Shown: positions 1 to 6,443 of the stretch, piece after piece | Layout: every line of letters begins with the position of its first letter | Position numbering within the stretch: the stretch's first letter is position 1 | Source of the DNA: a virus | Taxonomy: Duplodnaviria > Caudoviricetes | Direction: 5' to 3' (one strand) | IMG/VR virus record: IMGVR_UViG_3300011339_000451 | Location: 1 to 63,187 of that record | Length of the DNA stretch: 63,187 nucleotides | Translations under genes and position numbers: made by a program | The notes under the pieces: generated by a model | Told to the model about the DNA's origin: nothing | Databases searched by the model: none | The model's input: only the letters and a program-made list of their open reading frames with translations

Positions 1-160
1 TTCCATGTCATCACACAACTTTGCACACGCAGAACGCTCGGCAGAAGCGACAAGGGCGGCAAAGCGTTCAAGGTCTTCATCAATACCTGTTATCCGCAAC
101 AAATATCCTTGCTCAACATTGAACCCCGCCTCTCTTGCCATGCGAATAATTTCTTCTCTA
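1..160 (+). repeat. Terminal direct repeat, left copy
   Basis: 1-160 aligns ungapped to 63028-63187; first 81 nt identical, then 5 mismatches (positions 82, 111, 135, 151, 160). Confidence 0.95.
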
Positions 161-165
161 GTCAT
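1..165 (-). CDS. 5' part of a small phage protein (MTREEIIRMAREAG...) that continues across the circular junction into 62944-63187
   Basis: ATG at 163-165; translation matches the ORF at the right end; paralog of 9200-9490. Confidence 0.7.
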   Translation of the reverse strand, partial: MTREEIIRMAREAGFNVEQGYLLRITGIDEDLERFAALVASAERSACAKLCDDME

Positions 166-293
166 ATCCACCCCAATCCTTTGCAAGCGGCCACAACAAG
201 AATGATGCAACCGATGGTTTGGCCGTACCACCACTTCACATGAGGAGCCACCCAGATCGTGCCCAACATCACTAGTAATTGTGTTTCGGTCAT
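162..293 (-). CDS. Small membrane protein (43 aa)
   Basis: Hand-translated MTETQLLVMLGTIWVAPH...; hydrophobic; 4-nt overlap with downstream gene. Confidence 0.5.
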   Translation of the reverse strand: MTETQLLVMLGTIWVAPHVKWWYGQTIGCIILVVAACKGLGWI

Positions 294-430
294 GCTTGCC
301 CCTCAGTTAATGGCCATAGAAATAAACCAAATACCCCAGCCTAATGCGGTGCTGTATTCGCTTCCAATCAAGTAACTCCCGACACTTAGAAACAGCACTC
401 TGAAAAATGTGACGCTGTCATCTTCCTTGC

Positions 431-631
431 TCACAGCCGCTTCTCCCGCTCGGCCATCAGTGCCTCAGCCAGATCAAAGATTTTCACTGCGGCGGCTTCA
501 GGGTCATCGTCTTCGTAGATCAATCCAATCGTTGCTGACATGGCGTACCAGTCCAGCATCGTTATGTCTTGGATTGAAATGGGGTCTGGCGTCAGGGCTT
601 TGATACCCTCACTTTTTTTCTTTAGTACCAT
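431..631 (-). CDS. Hypothetical phage protein
   Basis: ITMLDWYA...DLAEALMAEREKR; similar in pattern to 7613-7816. Confidence 0.65.
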   Translation of the reverse strand: MVLKKKSEGIKALTPDPISIQDITMLDWYAMSATIGLIYEDDDPEAAAVKIFDLAEALMAEREKRL

Positions 632-932
632 TCTTCTTCCCCTTCATATTCTGGTGGACGATCATGGATTCAAACTGTTCATGCAATCTGTCGGCAATTG
701 TTTGGTTGTCTATGGCAATACGTGAAGCCGCATCGTCCTCATGCAGTTGTTCAATGGCGTCACGGATACCCTTGTTGTAGCCAGCGTTGAACTCGTCATC
801 GCCATCTACGATCATGGTGATAGCGTCACGCACTAAGGCCGAGGCTTTGCGCTCTCCTGCCGCCAGCTTCAGCTTGTCGTAGATGTCCTTACGCAAGTGA
901 ACTGAGTATGGAATCAGACGGTTGTTTTCCAT
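609..932 (-). CDS. Putative ribbon-helix-helix DNA-binding protein
   Basis: N-terminal YSVHLRKDIYDKLKLAA...ASALVRDAI fits an RHH strand-helix-helix pattern. Confidence 0.55.
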   Translation of the reverse strand: MENNRLIPYSVHLRKDIYDKLKLAAGERKASALVRDAITMIVDGDDEFNAGYNKGIRDAIEQLHEDDAASRIAIDNQTIADRLHEQFESMIVHQNMKGKKNGTKEKK

Positions 933-1336
933 GCTTGGTACTCCTTATAAATCCCGCGCAGTTGTTCGATTGCACGGGCGTTGTTTTTAATCTCTGTTCT
1001 GGATTCAATGCTCAGTGTTTCTTTGAGCCAGTCCGTAGCTTCTTCCTCACTCATCAGGAAGATGTGACCACCTTCTTGTAGGAACTTGTGGAAGCCCGCA
1101 TCCCTGCAAAGCATTCCGGCAATACGAACGTAGTCGCTGGATAAGTCTTGCTCTCTATCCATTGGCCGTTCGTCAGTATTAAGGCGCACCATGACCACCT
1201 GATAACGAGAGCCAACGAAGTCACGCATGATGGCTTCGTCGATCTCATCGGGGTGTATGTTCAATGTCAACATATACCCCGTCTTATCTTGCTTGAGTGC
1301 TACCTTTACAGCTTCAAAGTGTGGATGACTCTGCAT
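914..1336 (-). CDS. Hypothetical phage protein
   Basis: 140-aa ORF in a contiguous leftward operon. Confidence 0.75.
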   Translation of the reverse strand: MQSHPHFEAVKVALKQDKTGYMLTLNIHPDEIDEAIMRDFVGSRYQVVMVRLNTDERPMDREQDLSSDYVRIAGMLCRDAGFHKFLQEGGHIFLMSEEEATDWLKETLSIESRTEIKNNARAIEQLRGIYKEYQAWKTTV

Positions 1337-1353
1337 AAAGTAATACCAAAGTA

Positions 1354-1638
1354 CTAAAATGGGATGTCTGAGTCGTCAAGCTTGGGCGCTGGTGCCGCGC
1401 TTGGCTTTTTGTACGTGCTGACCTTGATGCTAAAGAACTTGCCGTACTGACCTTCTTTGATCCATGCGCCAAGGTTGATCTTGACTGAATCTTCGCCAAC
1501 GTCTTGCGCTTCGCGGATCATCTCTTTCAAGAGGGATGCGTCGATGTCCAAGCTACCAGTGTAGTCGGGTGAGTTGGGGTTGATCTTGGGTTGCTTAGCC
1601 TTGCCGAGCATTCCTGAGTTTGGATATTTGGTAGCCAT
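1354..1638 (-). CDS. Putative ssDNA-binding protein
   Basis: NSPDYTG motif and acidic C-terminal DDSDIPF tail; adjacent to ERF gene. Confidence 0.7.
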   Translation of the reverse strand: MATKYPNSGMLGKAKQPKINPNSPDYTGSLDIDASLLKEMIREAQDVGEDSVKINLGAWIKEGQYGKFFSIKVSTYKKPSAAPAPKLDDSDIPF

Positions 1639-1640
1639 GA

Positions 1641-2354
1641 TTAGCCTTTCATTTCTTCTTTACGGTTTTTGAATTCCAGCATGAGTGCTGTGTAGCTTGC
1701 TTCGTCTTCGGCTTTTAACTTCTCGAACACGATGCGGTTGTTGGTGAACAGCTTCATAATGTCGCCTTCTGATGCTGTCTCGGCCAACCCTATCTTAGTG
1801 ATGTCAGTGACCAGTGCCGCCCATGATGCAACGTCTGTTCCGGGATCAGCCGTTACCTTCAGGTGCCAGCTCTTCTCGTCCTTACCCTCCACCACTTCTG
1901 GCGGCTTACCCGTTGGCTTGGGTGCAGGCTTAGGCTCAACCTTTGGTTCAGCTTTTACAACTGGCTTAGGTGCTGGCTCGGCGGCAGGAGCAGAGTCGAT
2001 GATGTCATGTTCCACGATCTCCATGGCTGTCATCCAAAGGTAACGGCGTTGATAGGATTCAACCGCGCCTAGGTTCTGTATGGGGTGAGCACCCTTCAGG
2101 TTAGCCTCGGCCATTGGGCTAGTGATAACAACCACTGTGCCGTCATCTACGTCTGTGATGCACAGGGTTGCGTACTCGCTATTGAATGACACCACGCCGC
2201 ACAGTCCAATCTCGTTAAAGATTGTTTGGATGTGAGGGATGAAGTCACCCAACTCAAAGTATGAGTAGCCTGCAAACTTATTCAGGCCAGACTTCTTCAT
2301 CTCTGTGGATTGAAGCTTGACCCTCGCTTGCATTAACTTTTTATGGACTGACAT
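1641..2354 (-). CDS. ERF-family ssDNA-annealing protein
   Basis: KKSGLNKFAGYSYFEL and QNLGAVESYQRRY motifs; Pro/Lys-rich linker. Confidence 0.85.
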   Translation of the reverse strand: MSVHKKLMQARVKLQSTEMKKSGLNKFAGYSYFELGDFIPHIQTIFNEIGLCGVVSFNSEYATLCITDVDDGTVVVITSPMAEANLKGAHPIQNLGAVESYQRRYLWMTAMEIVEHDIIDSAPAAEPAPKPVVKAEPKVEPKPAPKPTGKPPEVVEGKDEKSWHLKVTADPGTDVASWAALVTDITKIGLAETASEGDIMKLFTNNRIVFEKLKAEDEASYTALMLEFKNRKEEMKG

Positions 2355-2604
2355 TTAAAGCTTCCTTTGCTAATTGTTTTTTCTTCATGGCGTAACGGCG
2401 GTTGTATTCGCGTTGCTTCTGTTTACGATGTTCGTCTGTAACTTTGGCTCGCGTCTTCTTGGTTGGCAGGGATTCAACCTTTCCTTCCAAGACTTTGATC
2501 TTCGCAGAAAGCATGATGTTTTCCGTGACCACTTTGTCAATTGTTTCCTTCAGCTTCCTCAGCTTGTCATTGATCGCTTGCTTTTCTTCGTTTGATATAA
2601 ACAT
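2341..2604 (-). CDS. Hypothetical coiled-coil, basic protein
   Basis: 87-aa ORF with heptad pattern and basic tail. Confidence 0.65.
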   Translation of the reverse strand: MFISNEEKQAINDKLRKLKETIDKVVTENIMLSAKIKVLEGKVESLPTKKTRAKVTDEHRKQKQREYNRRYAMKKKQLAKEALNVSP

Positions 2605-2607
2605 GAT

Positions 2608-3501
2608 TTACTCCATCGTTAAGTAGGTTTGGTATTGCTTGCAGAACTGGGACACTTGGCAGTAACTCTTGCACCGTGTCCTCTCCCCTTGTCTGACTTC
2701 CACTGAGAACTTCTCGCTCTTCTTGGCTGATGCCTGAGCCGCTTCCATCGCGGCAGTGGCTTCCTCGAATGTCTCGTGAACACTCTTGGCTCTGACGTTG
2801 CCGTCCTTCTTCACGGCGTAGCTGGTCTTCTTCTCCCACATTTCTTCTGATGTGCATTCAGGCATCTCGCCGTCAGTCTCCATCTCAAAGAGTGCTGTGC
2901 CGTGTTCGTAGATACGCTTGGTAATGAATGCCTCACGCTCCTCAAACGTCCACAGTGGGATGTCGATAGTGGCCACTGGCGACTGGGGATAGTTCTCCTT
3001 CGTAGCGGCATCGCGGGCAGACCAGTCGCGAATGATGGCAATGATCTGAAGCTTACCAACTGGCACCTTCTTGACCTTCTCCACCATCCACGCATAGATG
3101 TTGAGCTGACGATGCCAGTCGTCCTTCTCATTCATCACTGCCCATGCACCAGTAACTTTGTAGTCACTGATTGTGATCGTGCCGTTGGGTTCTACTTCTT
3201 GTAGATCAATAGCACCAGAGATATGCCAGCCTTCAAACTCAAGGTGGATGCGCTCTTCAACAATGTGGTGCTCGTCCTTGCCGTGCTCAAGAATGTTGTG
3301 CACAGCAGATCCGAACAGTGACCACACCATCTCGCTTGCGTCCTGCTCAATCTCGTCCCAGTACTTCTTCTTCAACTGCACGATGCGGGGTGAGTTGATG
3401 ATCTCTGTTGCTGAGATGTGCGCCTTACCTTTGGAATAGGTCGGCCTATGTATCACATTGAGGAAGGTCTGGGGTAAGTTGAACTTGTTGGTGAACTTCA
3501 T
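2608..3501 (-). CDS. PD-(D/E)XK (RecB/Cas4-like) exonuclease
   Basis: ISGAID...ISDYK...QLNIY motifs; C-terminal Cys cluster C...RCKSYCQVSQFC. Confidence 0.85.
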   Translation of the reverse strand: MKFTNKFNLPQTFLNVIHRPTYSKGKAHISATEIINSPRIVQLKKKYWDEIEQDASEMVWSLFGSAVHNILEHGKDEHHIVEERIHLEFEGWHISGAIDLQEVEPNGTITISDYKVTGAWAVMNEKDDWHRQLNIYAWMVEKVKKVPVGKLQIIAIIRDWSARDAATKENYPQSPVATIDIPLWTFEEREAFITKRIYEHGTALFEMETDGEMPECTSEEMWEKKTSYAVKKDGNVRAKSVHETFEEATAAMEAAQASAKKSEKFSVEVRQGERTRCKSYCQVSQFCKQYQTYLTME

Positions 3502-3977
3502 GGCTGATCCCTGTCTGCAATACGCTGAAGCTCACGCTTCTCAATGCTTAACATTCCTGCTAGCTTTGAGATCTTTGCTTGCGCGTCTGCGTTCTTCTTG
3601 CGACCTTCGTCAGTAAGTAGCTCAGTCTTGGTAAAGCTGACGCCCATGGCCATGCGCTTCATCTCGCGGCCAATAGCCTTGACACCAATGTCAACTGCAT
3701 GTTGTGTCTGAGACTCAGGTTCAATGATGACGTAGTTACCTGCGTGATCGCTGACCATTAACATACAGTGGGCCGTCAGTAGGATGTCTTTAATCTCTGT
3801 GATGCAACGCAGAACTTCAAGGTCGTAGCGGCGAACATCGCTGATGTCCACTGGCTTGGGTACTTCGCATAGGTCTGCCAAGTACGTGCGCTTTAGTACG
3901 CTACCGTACGTTAAGCCGTTGTCGAGCAAAGTCTTAACGGCTTGCTTCCAAGCAGGAAAGAGTTTGGGATCGCTCAT
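3498..3977 (-). CDS. Unknown 159-aa protein coupled to the RAMP-like gene
   Basis: 4-nt ATGA overlaps with both neighbours; no family recognised. Confidence 0.75.
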   Translation of the reverse strand: MSDPKLFPAWKQAVKTLLDNGLTYGSVLKRTYLADLCEVPKPVDISDVRRYDLEVLRCITEIKDILLTAHCMLMVSDHAGNYVIIEPESQTQHAVDIGVKAIGREMKRMAMGVSFTKTELLTDEGRKKNADAQAKISKLAGMLSIEKRELQRIADRDQP

Positions 3978-4543
3978 ACAAACTCCACGCTGAAACGACC
4001 GAAGCGGGGACGGTAGTCACCCAGACCAATCAATGCACCTGCATCGACCAGAGCCTTCTTTACTTCGTTCACGTTAACAACGTCTTCGTTCACAACAACT
4101 GTTGCTGATAGTGTCCAGTTACGGAAGATGGGACGATAGCGAATGATCTTGGCCATGCCGACCTTCACGCCACGTGCGTCAATGGCCTTTGGGTTTTCCC
4201 ACAACTTCTCTGGAGTCATGTTCTTGAAGCCGTCAATGGGTAGCTCGTCTTCCAATACCTGCACGCCCTGCTTGAACTTAACGCCAAGCTTCTGAAGCTT
4301 TGCCGCCGCGATCAGGCATGAGTCAAGGTTCTGCGCTGGAATAAAGAAACCCTTGTCTTCGTTCCAGTAGCAACCACCGATGAACTCGCTTCGTGCAATC
4401 GCAACGTGGTCGTCATCTGTCTTCTTGCGCTTGCTGGTCAGCTCTTTGTGAGCCTTGGCCAGAGGGTCTAACGGGTTTGCAAACCTGTCAGAGTGCATGA
4501 GTAAGGACGATGTGCCTGTAATTTTCACTGGGATAGTTTTCAT
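3974..4543 (-). CDS. RAMP/Cas7-like RNA-binding protein (candidate effector of the adjacent array)
   Basis: N-terminal strand VKITGTSSLLMH, FFIPAQNLDSCL helix, YRPIF..W, C-terminal Gly-rich loop GALIGLGDYRPRFGRF; AAGGAA RBS. Confidence 0.75.
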   Translation of the reverse strand: MKTIPVKITGTSSLLMHSDRFANPLDPLAKAHKELTSKRKKTDDDHVAIARSEFIGGCYWNEDKGFFIPAQNLDSCLIAAAKLQKLGVKFKQGVQVLEDELPIDGFKNMTPEKLWENPKAIDARGVKVGMAKIIRYRPIFRNWTLSATVVVNEDVVNVNEVKKALVDAGALIGLGDYRPRFGRFSVEFV

Positions 4544-4574
4544 TTTGTTTCCTTTAAGTTGTTTGATGCACTGT

Positions 4575-5145
4575 TTGCATCGGACATAAGACTGTTACCA
4601 ATCCTATGGCCGCTACATTAGCCCTAGCCGTGCCGCGTCATGCCATGCCGAGCCAAGCCCAGCCTAACCTCAGCAAGCGTTGCCACTAACACTCGAAGGA
4701 GCACTCATTGAATGCTCTATCGACTGTTGTCAGTCCATGCCAAGCCTCGCCTAGCCTCGCCTCAGCGCTCCATTCCAAACCCCAACTCGCCGCAACACTC
4801 GAAGGAACACTCGTAAGAATGTTCTATCGGCTGTTGCCAGCTCCATGCCCGTCCTCACCAGTCCCCGCCTCGCCTCGCCGTTCCGAGGCTTGCCGATACT
4901 CGAAGGAGAACTATTGCTAATTCCCTATCGGCTATCGCTAGCTCCATGCCCAACCCGACCTTGCCCAGCCTCCCATGCCCGTGCCCGCCCCACCGCACCG
5001 TGCCAGACCAGACCTAGCCTCACTAACACTCGAAGGATGACTGTTGCCAATCACCTATCGACTATTTCTAGTTCCCTGCCCGACCACACCCGACCGAGTC
5101 GCGCCGTACCTCGCCGTGCCTTGCCGATCCGTATCCAGCCATGCC
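4575..5145 (-). ncRNA. Array of five candidate guide RNAs, each a GGY-NN pentamer tract plus a 3' hairpin
   Basis: Tracts at 5071-5145, 4941-5019, 4840-4894, 4732-4791, 4620-4684; ACTCGAAGGA (+ strand) recurs at 4691, 4797, 4898, 5028; hairpins show compensatory changes. Confidence 0.85.
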
Positions 5146-5173
5146 GGTAAGTAAACCAGTTAGGTTGGTGTCG

Positions 5174-5202
5174 ATTGTACCTGCTATATTGTATGAATGC
5201 AA
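5174..5202 (-). promoter_or_regulatory. Sigma70-like promoter for the array and RAMP operon
   Basis: TTGCAT-N17-TACAAT on the minus strand, ~30 nt upstream of the first tract. Confidence 0.6.
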
Positions 5203-5240
5203 TATGTCTGATAAAATAAATGCAATATGTAGGGAAATCC

Positions 5241-5528
5241 ATGAGATACGCAAACCGCATTGACGCCAATCAAAACAAAATAGTTGAAGCTTTACGCAAG
5301 GCTGGCGCTTACGTCCGTATCATTTCTCAGGGTGACGGAATACCGGATTTGCTGGTGGCGTACAAGGGATACACGATACTGATGGAAGTTAAGGATGGCG
5401 ATAAGCCGCCGTCTGCCCGTAAGCTGACTGAGGCGGAGCAGAAGTTCTTTGACGAATGGACGGGTGGAATGTTGGTTGTTGTGAATTCTGTTGAGGAAAG
5501 TGTTGCAACGTTGCAGAAGTGCGATTAA
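5241..5528 (+). CDS. VRR-NUC / resolvase-like endonuclease
   Basis: RIDANQ...GIPDLLV...MEVKD...KLTEAEQKF. Confidence 0.8.
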   Translation: MRYANRIDANQNKIVEALRKAGAYVRIISQGDGIPDLLVAYKGYTILMEVKDGDKPPSARKLTEAEQKFFDEWTGGMLVVVNSVEESVATLQKCD

Positions 5529-5585
5529 TATCTTGCCAACCAGAGGGCTGGATTGTTTGTTGCTTTGTTCTCCTTGTGAAGGTTT

Positions 5586-5614
5586 GCGGCTCCGTAACTG
5601 GGGCCGCCTTTTTT
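5586..5614 (+). terminator. Intrinsic terminator
   Basis: GCGGCTCC-loop-GGGGCCGC followed by a T run. Confidence 0.7.
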
Positions 5615-5619
5615 AGGGA

Positions 5620-5702
5620 CAACACGCATGGGGATTGAGTCGCCTCACCTTGTACCAGTAAAGTGGTGCCGTCATAAGCAAGGTCAGTCCCCAGCCGTGT
5701 TG
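5620..5702 (+). ncRNA. Candidate nested stem-loop RNA
   Basis: CAACACG/CGTGTTG, TGGGGATTG/CAGTCCCCA, ACCTTG/CAAGGT nested. Confidence 0.4.
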
Positions 5703-5771
5703 GTGAAACTAAGTTCACCCCGCCTTGGGTACCGACGAATAGATTCGCCCTGTCGCTTGAAGAAATCGGTT

Positions 5772-6014
5772 ATGGCCATCAACATATTCATCTATACAAA
5801 ATCAAACTGTCCCAACTGTGTTGCGGCCAAACAACTTCTGAAGTCCAAGGGTCTGTCCTTTGTTGAGTGCGACATGGACGATCCGGCGGTACGTGAGAGC
5901 TTCATGTTCACCCACCCTGACGCTAAGCAGATGCCACAGATATTCATAGACGACCAGCGTGTCGGCGGATTAGCTGGCTTGAAGGTAGCGTTAAACCAAC
6001 TGAGTCTGCTGTGA
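5772..6014 (+). CDS. Glutaredoxin
   Basis: IYTKSNCPNC, MPQIFI, VGG; start moved to ATG 5772. Confidence 0.9.
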   Translation: MAINIFIYTKSNCPNCVAAKQLLKSKGLSFVECDMDDPAVRESFMFTHPDAKQMPQIFIDDQRVGGLAGLKVALNQLSLL

Positions 6015-6205
6015 CCTACGGCTGTCACAACCGTCCGGCTTTCAAGCCTAAGTTCTTTGTACAAAACGGCTGGTGGATAGATGGCCGCACTCGCACCGCG
6101 AAGGTGGAGCAGGCACCATTCCGCATGGCACCAGACTGTCAGTACACCAAGACCGACCTTGGCCGAGCAGACGAACGTTGTAAAGATTGCAAACACAAGC
6201 AATAG
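6011..6205 (+). CDS. Small Cys-containing hypothetical protein
   Basis: GCHNR...DCQY...RCKDC; overlaps the glutaredoxin stop. Confidence 0.6.
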   Translation: MTYGCHNRPAFKPKFFVQNGWWIDGRTRTAKVEQAPFRMAPDCQYTKTDLGRADERCKDCKHKQ

Positions 6206-6209
6206 GGTC

Positions 6210-6238
6210 TTGACAAGTCCAGTAGCGTTTGATATAAA
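6210..6238 (+). promoter_or_regulatory. Sigma70-like promoter
   Basis: TTGACA-N17-TATAAA. Confidence 0.7.
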
Positions 6239-6244
6239 CGGGGT

Positions 6245-6443
6245 GTTGTCGTAGTGGACAGCAAACCTTGAAGCCGTTATCTCATGCCTCTGTCCCTGTT
6301 ATTGGGGATCCACTACCGGGGGCAGTAGATAGCGGCTTTTTTGTTTTCGAGACTGAAGTGAGTGGTGGGTTAGCGCCACCATAGGGTTCACTCCTTTGTA
6401 TTGCGGACGTAAAACACTGCTTTATGTGAGTCACTTCAGTCTC
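6245..6443 (+). ncRNA. Candidate structured RNA(s) downstream of the promoter
   Basis: AAGCCGTTATCT/AGATAGCGGCTT plus T run; GTAGTGGA/TCCACTAC; 13-bp inverted repeat 6349-6361/6431-6443. Confidence 0.5.

Noticed and set aside
2608-3501. Calling the nuclease a true CRISPR Cas4
   Set aside because: Its ERF/SSB context fits an ordinary phage recombination exonuclease
4575-5145. Classical CRISPR array
   Set aside because: Repeats are not identical, spacers are 55-79 nt and internally periodic, and no cas1/cas2 is present
4620-5145. Simple microsatellite
   Set aside because: Neighbouring pentamers mostly differ at positions 4-5, and the tracts alternate regularly with conserved hairpins
4708-5269. 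ORFs 4708-4920, 4845-5150, 5051-5269 and 5068-5253
   Set aside because: Pro/Arg/Gly-rich by-products of the pentamer repeats; a 5-nt period and covarying hairpins point to RNA rather than protein
5628-5771. N-terminal extension of glutaredoxin in the ORF track
   Set aside because: The glutaredoxin fold begins at ATG 5772; the extension overlaps a structured non-coding segment
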